This document shows, piece by piece, positions 1-9,843 of a stretch of DNA of 45,678 nucleotides. Positions within the stretch are counted from its first letter, which is position 1. Every line of letters begins with the position of its first letter. The DNA is taken from NCBI GenBank assembly GCA_046050355.1, contig JBJOPW010000008.1, positions 1-45,678 on the forward strand, written 5' to 3'. Under the pieces are notes generated by a model. It searched no databases and was not told the origin of the DNA. It saw only the letters and a program-made list of their open reading frames with translations. Source of the stretch: Candidatus Parcubacteria bacterium (GTDB taxonomy: Bacteria > Patescibacteriota > Minisyncoccia > Phycocordibacterales > UBA918). Made by a program: the position numbers and the translations under genes.

Positions 1-321
1 GCTTGTACGTCCAAACCCACATGTGCCAGACTTGTCCATTACACACATCCAGGCAGACTCCCAGTACATGTCTTCAATCAGTTCTAGTCCACCTTCAAGT
101 CCCACAAAGTAATCACCCTCAGGAAACGCATCTTTACAAGCTTTGGCACGGTTAGTGGCACCGAGCTTCGTTTCTGTCTGACCAATTGGTTGGTCAGGTA
201 CCAGTGAAGGAGCAGCGAATGTATCAAATACAAATTCTTCGGCGGGGAAGATCGCACCAAAGGCATCCTTGACGGTCTCAAGCTTAATCGGGTTAGTTGA
301 TCCCACAATTACTTTTTTCAT
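1..321 (-). CDS. yjjX: Inosine/xanthosine triphosphatase (YjjX family), runs off the left edge
   Basis: Not in ORF track. Manual translation from ATG 321 gives MKKVIVGSTNPIKLETVKDAF...VPDQPIGQTETKLGATNRA...YFVGLEGG; GSTNPxK, DQP, GAxNRA and GLEGG are YjjX motifs. Confidence 0.9.
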   Translation of the reverse strand, partial: MKKVIVGSTNPIKLETVKDAFGAIFPAEEFVFDTFAAPSLVPDQPIGQTETKLGATNRAKACKDAFPEGDYFVGLEGGLELIEDMYWESAWMCVMDKSGTCGFGRTS

Positions 322-369
322 ATACGGTAAAGTATATCAAATTTGCCTATCTGGTATACTGTCGGGGTT

Positions 370-1623
370 ATGCGAAAAATCTTCATTGCGGCTTGGCTAT
401 TACTCGGTGTGCTCTCGGTGGCGACGCTGATACCGACCATCACGCCAACACCGGCGGTTGCGAGTACTGAATCAATTGCCGTTGGTGAGCCTATAGGACC
501 AGGAACTGTCTATCTCTTTGGGCGGGACACCTGTGGCTTCTGTAAGGCGGAAAAGGAGTTTTTGACTGAATCGAAAATACCCTATACTTATTTAAATATT
601 GTCGAAGATGAGGAAGCCAAAGCGCTCTATGATCAAGTGACAGAGAAACATGGCCTGAGCAAAGTAACACCAGTTACGGTGATCGGTGAGCGAGTGTTTC
701 TTGGCTTTAATAGTCCTGGTACCACAGGTCGGGAAATGAAGGCGGCTATCGAAGCGGCGCAGTCGAGCGACATCATTACGGTCGAAGACCATATCGCACG
801 CGCACCGGTACAAGAGGTGGCTTTTGGCGGCGGTTGTTCTGATATGGGGTGTACACCAGCGACTGCTTCCTACGTGTTTGATTTGCCACTTATTGGTACG
901 GTTGATTTGAAGTCGTTTTCACTATTTACGCTCTCGCTTCTTCTTGGCACCATCGACGGCTTTAATCCATGTGCGATGTGGGTACTTATTACCTTCCTCA
1001 TGCTCTTGGCGCAGGCAGGCAGTCGCCAGAAGATGCTCTTCCTCGCCGGGCTCTTCATCGTGGCGGAGGCCATCATGTACAACCTTATTCTCAATGTCTG
1101 GTACAAGACCTGGGACTTTGTCGCGCTTGATGAGATTGTGACGCCGCTTGTTGGCATCCTCGCTCTTTCGGGTGGAACCTTTTTCCTCTACCGTTGGTAT
1201 CGCAGTTCCGCCACCGCTCTTGTGTGTGATATCACCGACATCGATTCACAGACCAAGACTATTGGTAAATTGAAGGCGGTCATTAACCAGCCACTCACGA
1301 TCACGACCGTCCTTGCGATCATTGTGATTGCGTTCTCGGTCAACATTATTGAGTTCGCCTGTTCGATTGGTATCCCGCAGGCATACACCAAGATTCTTGA
1401 GCTTAATATGCTCACCTTTGTGGAGCGGCAGTGGTATATCCTCGTTTATACCTTCGGCTACATGATTGACGACTTCGTCGTTTTTGGACTGGCTATCTGG
1501 GGCTTCACCCGGCTTGAGGCTCATGGTGCAAAATATTCACGACTGTCACTCTTGATTGGTGGGGTTCTTATGATCCTCCTGGGGCTCATGCTCGTGTTTA
1601 ACCCTGACTTACTCGTTTTGTAA
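370..1623 (+). CDS. Exported glutaredoxin-like domain fused to a CcdA/DsbD-like membrane domain
   Basis: N-terminal TM, CGFC motif, TP..IG; C-terminal multi-TM region with DGFNPCA and EFAC cysteine pair. Confidence 0.75.
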   Translation: MRKIFIAAWLLLGVLSVATLIPTITPTPAVASTESIAVGEPIGPGTVYLFGRDTCGFCKAEKEFLTESKIPYTYLNIVEDEEAKALYDQVTEKHGLSKVTPVTVIGERVFLGFNSPGTTGREMKAAIEAAQSSDIITVEDHIARAPVQEVAFGGGCSDMGCTPATASYVFDLPLIGTVDLKSFSLFTLSLLLGTIDGFNPCAMWVLITFLMLLAQAGSRQKMLFLAGLFIVAEAIMYNLILNVWYKTWDFVALDEIVTPLVGILALSGGTFFLYRWYRSSATALVCDITDIDSQTKTIGKLKAVINQPLTITTVLAIIVIAFSVNIIEFACSIGIPQAYTKILELNMLTFVERQWYILVYTFGYMIDDFVVFGLAIWGFTRLEAHGAKYSRLSLLIGGVLMILLGLMLVFNPDLLVL

Positions 1624-1633
1624 TATAAGTTCT

Positions 1634-2575
1634 ATGGAATGGATGCAATTAGCAATGTGGGGAGTGATGCTTGGTGTGTCAATCTATGTATTGGTAAAGG
1701 GAGCTGATTTGTTTCTGGATGGAGCCAAACTAGTCGGACGATCACTGGGGATGAGTTCGTTTGCAATTGGTATTTTGATTGTCGGATTTGGCACATCACT
1801 ACCAGAACTCGCATCATCGATTGCGGCGGTACTCCAAGGTACAACGGAATTAGTGGCTGCAAATGTAGTTGGTTCAAATATCACGAACATCCTCCTCATT
1901 GTCGGTCTCATGGCGGTGGTGGCGGGACGTCTCGCTTTTAATCAAGATATCCTTAAGACCGAGTTGCCGCTGTTTGTGATCTCGCAAGCGATACTCGTGG
2001 CCGTGATTGCTGATGGTATGGTTGACCGAGTTGATGCCGGATTTGTCCTGGCTATCTTTGGAGCGTATTTATGGTATATCATTGCCGAGGCCAAACAAGG
2101 AACAAAGGGGCAGGAGTCACGACCAAAACTCAAAATAAAAACCCTCCTCATGATGTTCTTGGGGCTCGGTGCAGTGCTTGTGGGCGCGCACTATACGGTT
2201 GAGATGGCGGTCAATATTGCTACATCGCTCGCCGTACCGATTGCGCTGGTGTCGATCACCGCAATCGCAATTGGTACATCACTCCCAGAACTGATGGTTG
2301 GTATTCAATCAGCACGTAAGAAAGAAATGGAAATGGCTGTCGGGAATATCTTTGGTTCAAATACCTTTAATGCGCTTGTCGTGCTCGGTATTCCGGCACT
2401 AATTACGCCGTTAGTGGTAGATACTGTCGTGCTCGGTTTTGGTATCTGGTTTATGCTCGCAGCGTCACTGATGATTTTTGTGATCGGGCTTTCGCGCCAG
2501 GTGATGCGGTGGGAAGGGCTTATGATGCTCATATTCTTCGCGTACTTCTTGACGAAACTGGCGGTATTTCTGTAG
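1634..2575 (+). CDS. Ca2+/Na+ antiporter (YrbG/CaCA family)
   Basis: Two alpha repeats GTSLPEL...N(V/I)xGSN. Confidence 0.92.
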   Translation: MEWMQLAMWGVMLGVSIYVLVKGADLFLDGAKLVGRSLGMSSFAIGILIVGFGTSLPELASSIAAVLQGTTELVAANVVGSNITNILLIVGLMAVVAGRLAFNQDILKTELPLFVISQAILVAVIADGMVDRVDAGFVLAIFGAYLWYIIAEAKQGTKGQESRPKLKIKTLLMMFLGLGAVLVGAHYTVEMAVNIATSLAVPIALVSITAIAIGTSLPELMVGIQSARKKEMEMAVGNIFGSNTFNALVVLGIPALITPLVVDTVVLGFGIWFMLAASLMIFVIGLSRQVMRWEGLMMLIFFAYFLTKLAVFL

Positions 2576-2584
2576 GATGCGGTC

Positions 2585-3370
2585 ATGAATCCAGAAGAGA
2601 CGATACTCCTTGTCGACAAGCCCAAGGGTTTGACGTCTTTTGGCGTAGTAGCGCGTGTGCGGCGGATCCTTGGGGTAAAAAAAGCTGGCCATGCGGGGAC
2701 ACTTGATCCACTCGCCACTGGGCTCATGGTCGTAGGGGTAGGACCAGGTACCAAAACTCTCACGAGACTCGTGAAGCTTGATAAAGAGTATGTGGCGGAA
2801 ATACTCATAGGCCAGCGTCGCAGTACTGGTGATATGGAAGGGGAAGTACTGGAAGAAAAGGAGGTGTCAGCAATGATTTCTAGAGAAACTATCGCCATAA
2901 CGCTGAATACGCTTCTTGGCGACATCATGCTACCGGTATCGGCCTATAGCGCGATTAAAGTTGATGGCGTGCCGATGTACAAACGTGCCCGTGCCGCTGA
3001 GAAAAAAGGGGGGCAAGCCGAGGGTGTGCCAGAGCGAGCGATGCGGGTCAATGCCGCTGAGCTACTCATAGAAAATACTATTATATATAGTAGTGATAAA
3101 AATCAGTTTTTTTCTGATACTGCATGGGAAAAATTTGTCACAGAAGAAAATACTACGATATATGATAGTAAAAAGTTTCAATTGGTGACTGTACGGTTTG
3201 CGGTGGGGAGTGGTACCTATATTCGCTCACTCGCCGAAGAGTTGGGGCGACGACTCGGGTATCCTGCGACACTCTATAATCTCAGGCGAACAAAAGTAGG
3301 GGAATTTTTGATTGAGGATGCGGTCACCCTTGAGAGTTTGGCCGCACAGCACGGTAAAGAATTATTTTAG
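2585..3370 (+). CDS. truB: tRNA pseudouridine(55) synthase
   Basis: DKPKGLTS, KAGHAGTLDPLATG, YSAIKVDG, GTYIRSLA, LRRT motifs. Confidence 0.96.
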   Translation: MNPEETILLVDKPKGLTSFGVVARVRRILGVKKAGHAGTLDPLATGLMVVGVGPGTKTLTRLVKLDKEYVAEILIGQRRSTGDMEGEVLEEKEVSAMISRETIAITLNTLLGDIMLPVSAYSAIKVDGVPMYKRARAAEKKGGQAEGVPERAMRVNAAELLIENTIIYSSDKNQFFSDTAWEKFVTEENTTIYDSKKFQLVTVRFAVGSGTYIRSLAEELGRRLGYPATLYNLRRTKVGEFLIEDAVTLESLAAQHGKELF

Positions 3371-3378
3371 ATATACGA

Positions 3379-3426
3379 AGACGAGGTCTTTCTTTACAAG
3401 AACAGTAGACGAGGTCTTGCCTCGTC
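3379..3426. repeat. REP-like element: AGACGAGGTCTT twice, second copy completing hairpin GACGAGG-TCTTG-CCTCGTC
   Basis: 12-bp direct repeat at 3379 and 3407; 7-bp stem. Confidence 0.45.
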
Positions 3427-3459
3427 CTTGAGAAAAATGTGGTGTAATGTGCAAATAAT

Positions 3460-3500
3460 AAAAAATAGAGCCGGACGCACAGGGTGTGCGTCCGGTCTCT
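3460..3500 (-). terminator. Intrinsic terminator
   Basis: CCGGACGCACA-GGG-TGTGCGTCCGG stem, T-run follows on the minus strand. Confidence 0.8.
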
Positions 3501-3519
3501 TGCTTGATGTCCACCTGCC

Positions 3520-3819
3520 TCAGGTGAAGAGAGGTTCGTCTTTATCGACGATTTCTAATAGTTCAATCCGCGTTCGAATCGGATCGACTCGCTGCTCGCG
3601 AAACTCGGTAAAAAAGGGGAGCAACCTCGTTAACTTTTGATGGCTAAGGGCGTCCGAGCTGTAGAGGATGAAATCGCCATTGTTGCCAATCCCAGCCTTC
3701 AGTTGGGTGCCGATGACTTGCCGAAGACGATAGAGGTCTGCCTTCAGCAGATTTCGCTTCTTGATTTTGACCATAGGAGCGACCAAAGCCATGAAGTCTG
3801 TTTTTTGTAGTGTCTGCAC
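3520..3819 (-). CDS. Hypothetical protein (orphan)
   Basis: GTG start preceded by AAGGAGG; upstream TTGCCA-17-TTTAAT; terminator downstream. Confidence 0.65.
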   Translation of the reverse strand: MQTLQKTDFMALVAPMVKIKKRNLLKADLYRLRQVIGTQLKAGIGNNGDFILYSSDALSHQKLTRLLPFFTEFREQRVDPIRTRIELLEIVDKDEPLFT

Positions 3820-3895
3820 TTCTGCCTCCTTGATGATTACTCATCCCCCAGGTGGCATTCGTATTAAACTATAAAAAATTGACCTTGGCAAGGAA

Positions 3896-4135
3896 CTAGT
3901 CCTCGCCAAGGTCGTTGTCAATTGGATCTCCCCCTCGCTCATCAATCACCCGAAGAGCGTCAGCTTCGAGGTTCGGCATTCGCTGTAACCATTCTGTACG
4001 TTCTTTTTCAATAGCTACAGCGCGTCGCCGGCTCATAATTGCTCTTTCTGCTCCAGCTAAGGCTTCAGCAAAAGCAGCTTTTTCTGCAGTATTGGGTGAT
4101 GGTAGGAGTGGATGATGAATCTTTAAAAAGCCCAT
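3896..4135 (-). CDS. Hypothetical protein (orphan)
   Basis: AGGAGGT before ATG 4135; upstream TTGCCA...TAAACT promoter-like. Confidence 0.6.
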   Translation of the reverse strand: MGFLKIHHPLLPSPNTAEKAAFAEALAGAERAIMSRRRAVAIEKERTEWLQRMPNLEADALRVIDERGGDPIDNDLGED

Positions 4136-4213
4136 ATTCAACACCTCCTAACTTGTAGTTTAACCAAAAAAACTTCATTTTGGCAAGAGTCCTTTATGTT
4201 ATATACTATTAGT

Positions 4214-4447
4214 ATGAATCCTGAAAAAATTGATCCATTAATTAACCCTGCAGAACGACAGAGTTATCTCGAAAAGTTAACTGAATTTTTGGGTGCTGTG
4301 ATGCCAGCTGGTGCAATAAGTGACGAAACTGAAGCTCAGCGACTCCATAGACAATTGTTGCAGAATGAACCCGTAAAAAAGTCTTACGTTGAAAAAATCA
4401 TTGGACAGTTAGGTCAGGCTGATGATCGAGGTTCGCTCTATCATTAG
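4214..4447 (+). CDS. Small hypothetical protein
   Basis: AT-rich ORF MNPEKIDP..., -10-like box just upstream of ATG. Confidence 0.55.
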   Translation: MNPEKIDPLINPAERQSYLEKLTEFLGAVMPAGAISDETEAQRLHRQLLQNEPVKKSYVEKIIGQLGQADDRGSLYH

Positions 4448-4450
4448 AAT

Positions 4451-4903
4451 CTAAAAAAGTGATTCAACTACTGCCTTAACGTCGCCACCATCGGCCTGGC
4501 CGGCGAGGTCGCGCATGAGGGCGCCGACAAGCATACCCATCTTGGCTTTGTCTGTAATACCGAGTTCGGCCATCTTGGCCTCGGCCAAAGGACGAATCGC
4601 TTCCTGGCTCATGAGGGTAGGGAGGTAGGCTTCAAGTACGACGAGCTCCTCCTTCTCCGGTTCAGAGAGGTCGGTGCGACCGGCCGCATCGTACTGAACG
4701 ATTGATTCTTTGCGCTGCTTGGCGAGACGCTTGATAACCGCCAGTACGCCTTCGTCATTAAGCTCACTCTGCGGAGTCTGGCCGGTTGCAACGAGTTCGT
4801 TGGTGACTGCAGTCATGATACTACGAATAGTACGGAGTTTGGCTGCATCTTTGGCTTTAAGCGCTTCTTTTAGTGAGTCTCGTAGGGAAGTATGTAGTGA
4901 CAT
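4451..4903 (-). CDS. yqeY: GatB/YqeY domain protein
   Basis: LKEALKAKD, KQRKESIVQY..AGRTDL, E..VL..YLP, MG..MG-like, ADG. Confidence 0.92.
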   Translation of the reverse strand: MSLHTSLRDSLKEALKAKDAAKLRTIRSIMTAVTNELVATGQTPQSELNDEGVLAVIKRLAKQRKESIVQYDAAGRTDLSEPEKEELVVLEAYLPTLMSQEAIRPLAEAKMAELGITDKAKMGMLVGALMRDLAGQADGGDVKAVVESLF

Positions 4904-4997
4904 AAAATTTTCGATTTAGTACGGTGATTGTAGCATATAAAAGGAAATCCCGGCAGGCCGGGAATTTCAGAGTTGCTCGATGCGACGAGATGGCGGC

Positions 4998-5384
4998 TTA
5001 TTTTTTCTTTTGCCGCTTTGCCAAGATTTCCTGCAGGATTTCGTCTGCATGCTTGCCGACTTCCATCCGGGCATCCGCCAGGTGCTTGTTCTTTTTGATG
5101 GAGATGCGTACGGTCAGATTATTGCCATTTGATCCCCAGCAAGCACAGCCGAACCACTCTCGGTGTCTCGTGTACATAAGATGGCCGAATAGACCTTTCT
5201 CTGCCTCAGAGAGTACTTCGTTAAGATGAAGTCGAACTCGGTCGAGAATTGTCCCATCAGCTTCATCAACCAACGAAATATGCCGAAGTGCTCCGGGTGG
5301 TCTTTGCTTGAAGACCTTGCGGTAGTCCTTTGGAGGCTCAAAATCCTTCCGTAGGAGCACTCTCGTTGGGGTCCTGTCGAACAT
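4998..5384 (-). CDS. Hypothetical basic protein (orphan)
   Basis: AAGGAGG before ATG; hairpin 4944-4968 downstream. Confidence 0.6.
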   Translation of the reverse strand: MFDRTPTRVLLRKDFEPPKDYRKVFKQRPPGALRHISLVDEADGTILDRVRLHLNEVLSEAEKGLFGHLMYTRHREWFGCACWGSNGNNLTVRISIKKNKHLADARMEVGKHADEILQEILAKRQKKK

Positions 5385-5512
5385 GCTGTCCCTCCTTGCT
5401 GTACTGTTTTTACTCGCATGCTGACCATGCGCACATATAATTATGAACCTCTCATTTTGAGCGTAAAGGTGACAACTGTGCGTATCTCGTGTTGTGGTAC
5501 AATGTCGCCATT

Positions 5513-6625
5513 ATGGAAATGCTTTTGCTTGCGGTCATAGGGCTGCTTATTGTCTTGATTGGTCTCGTCGTCTATGTCTTTTTTGTAAAGGGTGATAAGC
5601 CGGCGCAGACACCGGAATCACTCCTTCTTATGCAGCAGCAGATGCAAGACCTGTCTCGAACCGTGCGGGAGCAGATGAGCGAAAGTTCGAAGCTGGCGCA
5701 ACAGGGCAGTCAGACGCAGTTTCGTGAGAGTCGCGAACTGATGCAGCAGATTAATCGTGACGTGAATGAACAGATTCGCGCGATCCAAGAGAGTGTCGGT
5801 GCGAAGCTTCTTCATGTAGAGAAGAGTGTTGCGACCGTCGGTGAGAGTAGTAAGCAGGTGTTTGCAGTGGCGGACCAGCTCAAGGAACTCCAGAATATTT
5901 TGAAGAATCCGAAGCAACGAGGGATTCTCGGTGAATACTACCTTGAGACGGTCCTTCAGAATGTGCTCCCGCCCGAGAGCTTTGCCATGCAGTACGCCTT
6001 CAAGGACGGAGAGATTGTTGACGCGGCAGTATTCGTAAAAGGAAAGGTGATACCGGTAGACTCCAAGTTCTCACTTGAGAACTACAACCGCTTTGCTGAA
6101 GCGGCTGATGGAGCAGATAAGGTGCAATACGAAAAGTATTTCCTCAATGACCTCAAACTCCGTATCACTGAAACCGCTAAGTATATCCGTCCAACCGAAG
6201 GGACGATGGATTTTGCGTTTATGTTTATTCCGCACGAGGGCATCTACTACGACCTACTTTCAAATCGTGTCGGAGCCGGGGAGGATAATCTCATCCAGCG
6301 CGCCGCTGGTAAGTATAAGGTGATTATTGTCTCACCGACCTCGTTCCTTGCGTACCTGCAGACTGTGCTTCAGGGCCTCAAGGCACTCGAGATCGAAGAG
6401 AAGGCGCAGGATATCATCAAAAATGTCGAAAAACTCTCGGGACATATTGCCAAGTACGAAGACTACTACAACAAGCTCGGCACCACGTTGGCTACCACGG
6501 TTAATCACTACAATGCTGGCTACAAAGAACTCGGCAAGCTCGACAAAGACATCCTCAAAATTACTGGCGAAGCGGCCGGGGTGGAAGTCCTCTCAATTGA
6601 TAAGCCAGCACGCGAAGACATGTAG
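5513..6625 (+). CDS. rmuC: DNA recombination protein RmuC
   Basis: N-terminal TM, coiled coil, RGILGE..LE, VDSKF, DFAFMFIPHE, VSPTS. Confidence 0.93.
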   Translation: MEMLLLAVIGLLIVLIGLVVYVFFVKGDKPAQTPESLLLMQQQMQDLSRTVREQMSESSKLAQQGSQTQFRESRELMQQINRDVNEQIRAIQESVGAKLLHVEKSVATVGESSKQVFAVADQLKELQNILKNPKQRGILGEYYLETVLQNVLPPESFAMQYAFKDGEIVDAAVFVKGKVIPVDSKFSLENYNRFAEAADGADKVQYEKYFLNDLKLRITETAKYIRPTEGTMDFAFMFIPHEGIYYDLLSNRVGAGEDNLIQRAAGKYKVIIVSPTSFLAYLQTVLQGLKALEIEEKAQDIIKNVEKLSGHIAKYEDYYNKLGTTLATTVNHYNAGYKELGKLDKDILKITGEAAGVEVLSIDKPAREDM

Positions 6626-6627
6626 CG

Positions 6628-7245
6628 TTACTGTGCCAAGAGACTGGTTCGCACCTCTGACATTTTTTGGGCTAAGAGCGTTTCGCGAATGCTCACTTCC
6701 ATATACGCAAATTCATCCCGCTCCGATTCAGGAAGTTCATTATAATAGTTTGTGACGAGCTCATCAGTAATATAGGGCCGAGCAATTTTTTCGAGGTGGG
6801 CGTTAACGAGGAGGTTTTTTTCCAGTTGAACCCGATAGGCTGCCTCATCGACACCAAGCTCAGCGATATAGGTACGAAGACCAACTTCACCACCGCGGTT
6901 ATACAACTCCCGCTGCCAGGCTAGCTGTTTGTCTGTCTCACTAATAACGGTACCAGCGGCAGTGGCGAGAGTATAAAGTTTATCCGTATCAGCTAGTTGG
7001 CGATCGAGTGTGCGGAGAACGGCTGATGTGGTAGCGGTCGGTGTTTGTCCATCTAGTCCCAGATCTGCCACCAGGATCTTTTTCTCTAGACTGGGTGGTT
7101 TCTCGGAATTGGTTTCAAGACTCTGATCAGTCGTGGCAGCCTGATTGTCACTTTGGTGTTGCCAATAAATCAAAAGACCAATCACACAGTTAGCAATCAG
7201 GGCGAACAGGATAGCGACGGTGATACCAATTCTCATAGTACTCAT
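6628..7245 (-). CDS. Membrane-anchored SurA N-terminal/PrsA-like chaperone domain protein
   Basis: N-terminal TM then helical domain; ITDELVTNYY and E.SIRE.L pattern. Confidence 0.5.
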   Translation of the reverse strand: MSTMRIGITVAILFALIANCVIGLLIYWQHQSDNQAATTDQSLETNSEKPPSLEKKILVADLGLDGQTPTATTSAVLRTLDRQLADTDKLYTLATAAGTVISETDKQLAWQRELYNRGGEVGLRTYIAELGVDEAAYRVQLEKNLLVNAHLEKIARPYITDELVTNYYNELPESERDEFAYMEVSIRETLLAQKMSEVRTSLLAQ

Positions 7246-7328
7246 TATGACACCAGTGACCAGCTTAATGTAAACAATATGTGTATTACTACGTATTTGG
7301 CTGGTCAAGTGTACTATGCTATAGATAC

Positions 7329-9092
7329 ATGCGGGTGCTTAAGATAGTTGCTCTCGTACTCGTTATTGGCTATGCGAGTACGGTTTATGCTTTGCCGAAT
7401 CTCAGGCCTTCACCACAAGCGCCCTATGGGCCATTCTACGTCGGTCAGGCACCACTATTTTATTTTAATCTTGCCAACACTGGTCCTGACAACGCAGGCA
7501 CCGCTCCACCAGCCATGAATTCTAATTGGGTGGTGGTTGATACCTATGCAGACGACAATTACCCGGTAGGAATAGGGAGTGACGGTGCTTGGCTATGGTC
7601 GGGAGATACATTTGGTCCAGTATCAGCCGGAAGTACTATTACCGTACGTAATGGAGCTCTCACCATGGTGCGCTGGCCAGAGAATGATTGGTGTGCCCCT
7701 TTAGGGACTCACCAAGTCAAGTATGAAGCTGATTATAGTAACGGTGTCGCAGAGACGAGTGAGGGTGATAATACCACTGCTTGGAACAGCTTTAGTGTAG
7801 TGACAAGACCAACTGGCGTGCCAGACTTGACCGCCGCTACTACCTCGAGTGCTCTCGGCCCCTTTATTCTGGGACAACCAATTATGTTGCCGTTTGTGAT
7901 TGCAAATAGTGGTGACACTATTTCCACCGCACTGACTCGGGCGCAGGCCCAAGTGGATCTGTACGCTGATACCGCTGAGCCACATGTGGATTTATTTAAA
8001 AAAGATTATCCGGCAGTACCAGTCGGGTCAAGTACTATTTTTGCTTTCAACTGGACTTCGGCTGTAGCGGGGGTGCATCGTGTACGCGTCAAGTATGTCG
8101 ATGACCGCTATACTATCGATGAAGAAAACGAATGTAACAACACGAGTCCATGGGTAACATTTACGGTCATTGCAGCCAATATCGAGGCTAGTACTACACC
8201 ACAATCCGTGGCTTCAGGTTATGATATGGCAACCACGACGTATTATATCCGCAACACGAGTAACATTGATGTGTCACCCTATCCATATCGCATCACTATC
8301 GGGGGACAGGTAGTCGCCTCGGGTACATCAACTGCGGGGGTGGCTGCTAACACTGCCTGGACGCCAATTACCGTGCCGGTGACCTGGACAGCGCCAATCA
8401 ATGCCGCTACCCAGACTCTCGCCATGGTAGTTGAGGTGACCGACCCCACGAATGGTGTGGAATCAGCCAGTTCTACCTTGACAGTGGCGCCTGCCAGTGG
8501 ACCTTTGCCACGATTGATTGTCTGTAAGGCAGCAAATTCATTATTATCCGGAGGCACTACTTCAGTGTCAGCCCGATATTGGATCAACTCGCCAACACCA
8601 CCAGTTTGTAGTTGGGGTGGTTTTATAAATGTTTCAGGAGGAGCGGTCTGGTCAAGTGTAAATACTTCAGTCGCAACGGTCACCTACAACGGAGCGAGGA
8701 CGGTTATTACCGGACTTGATCTTGGCGAGACCGAAGTAGTCGCTTTATACAGTGGATTGTATGCGACAACTGCTGTTGAAGTGGTTGACCAGCCGCTCCT
8801 CCTCACTATCACGCCGACTACCAATTTCGTTCGGTATGGTTCAACGGTCAATTTTTCAGTGACCGTTGAATCAGGGGTAGATATGGATTGTACTATTAGT
8901 GGGGGGATTGCAGCGCCGATCTTCATCACGCACCCTGCCAGTCCACTTAGTTCGACCTACGGCCCTTATACATCAATCAACCTCACGTCAACTCAACAAA
9001 TCAAAATTGATTGTATTGACCCCGTTGACCCGACAAATAGCGCTTCCGAAAAAGCCACGATTGAGATTGTACCAATTGCTCGGGAAGTGTAA
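7329..9092 (+). CDS. Secreted/surface protein with CARDB and Ig-like (Big_2) domains
   Basis: Signal peptide; PNL..NTG..VAETSEGDN and PDL..NSG..IDEENECNN repeats; WSSVNTSVATV. Confidence 0.75.
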   Translation: MRVLKIVALVLVIGYASTVYALPNLRPSPQAPYGPFYVGQAPLFYFNLANTGPDNAGTAPPAMNSNWVVVDTYADDNYPVGIGSDGAWLWSGDTFGPVSAGSTITVRNGALTMVRWPENDWCAPLGTHQVKYEADYSNGVAETSEGDNTTAWNSFSVVTRPTGVPDLTAATTSSALGPFILGQPIMLPFVIANSGDTISTALTRAQAQVDLYADTAEPHVDLFKKDYPAVPVGSSTIFAFNWTSAVAGVHRVRVKYVDDRYTIDEENECNNTSPWVTFTVIAANIEASTTPQSVASGYDMATTTYYIRNTSNIDVSPYPYRITIGGQVVASGTSTAGVAANTAWTPITVPVTWTAPINAATQTLAMVVEVTDPTNGVESASSTLTVAPASGPLPRLIVCKAANSLLSGGTTSVSARYWINSPTPPVCSWGGFINVSGGAVWSSVNTSVATVTYNGARTVITGLDLGETEVVALYSGLYATTAVEVVDQPLLLTITPTTNFVRYGSTVNFSVTVESGVDMDCTISGGIAAPIFITHPASPLSSTYGPYTSINLTSTQQIKIDCIDPVDPTNSASEKATIEIVPIAREV

Positions 9093-9152
9093 TGGGGTAA
9101 TAGCAAAGAGACCTTGCGTTTTTTGGTCAGATCTGGTACAATCGGCCCCACT

Positions 9153-9485
9153 ATGGCAACAACTGCAACAAAAACTGATGCTTTCGCTGTTATTTTAACT
9201 GGCGGTAAGCAGTATATCGTTTCTGCTGGCGACACCCTCGAAGTAGAGCTTCTGGGAGACCACAAGGAAGGCGATACCATTACTTTTGATACTGTCCTTA
9301 TGGCCGATGATGGTGCCAAGACTAACGTTGGCACGCCGTACACTGGTGGGAAAGTTACCGCAACGTACCTCGGTGAGACCAAAGGTCCAAAGCTCTCAAT
9401 TATCCGTTTCAAGGCTAAGAGTAACCGTGACCGTAAGATTGGTCACCGTCAGCACTACGCTTTGATCAAGATTGAGACGATTTAA
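9153..9485 (+). CDS. rplU: 50S ribosomal protein L21
   Basis: FAVILTGGKQY, GHRQ motifs. Confidence 0.97.
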   Translation: MATTATKTDAFAVILTGGKQYIVSAGDTLEVELLGDHKEGDTITFDTVLMADDGAKTNVGTPYTGGKVTATYLGETKGPKLSIIRFKAKSNRDRKIGHRQHYALIKIETI

Positions 9486-9530
9486 AAAAAAGATTCCCTA
9501 TTTGGGGATTCTTTGTTATGTTTCTCGTAT

Positions 9531-9836
9531 ATGGAAGCTGTAGAATCTCTACCTGATAATCTCGTGCAAGAGATCTATAAGATCAGAGAAAAAATTACAG
9601 ACTTAGAACGATTTGATTTACAAGATTCCATTGTCTATTTTGACAAAGTTTTAAAGAAAAAATTGGTTGAAAAATTTGGTAGCACACGACTTTTACAACA
9701 AGTTGATGTATGGCAAGCCTTGGTCGGTGGAACTATTGAGGAAAGAACTGATATAACAGATGACCAATATCTCTTTGTGCGCGAAGAAGTTGCAGGTTTT
9801 GTAAAAAAACTTGAGACAGGGGTTCAGCCGATATAA
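9531..9836 (+). CDS. Hypothetical protein
   Basis: AT-rich 101-aa ORF filling the gap. Confidence 0.6.
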   Translation: MEAVESLPDNLVQEIYKIREKITDLERFDLQDSIVYFDKVLKKKLVEKFGSTRLLQQVDVWQALVGGTIEERTDITDDQYLFVREEVAGFVKKLETGVQPI

Positions 9837-9843
9837 ACAAGGG

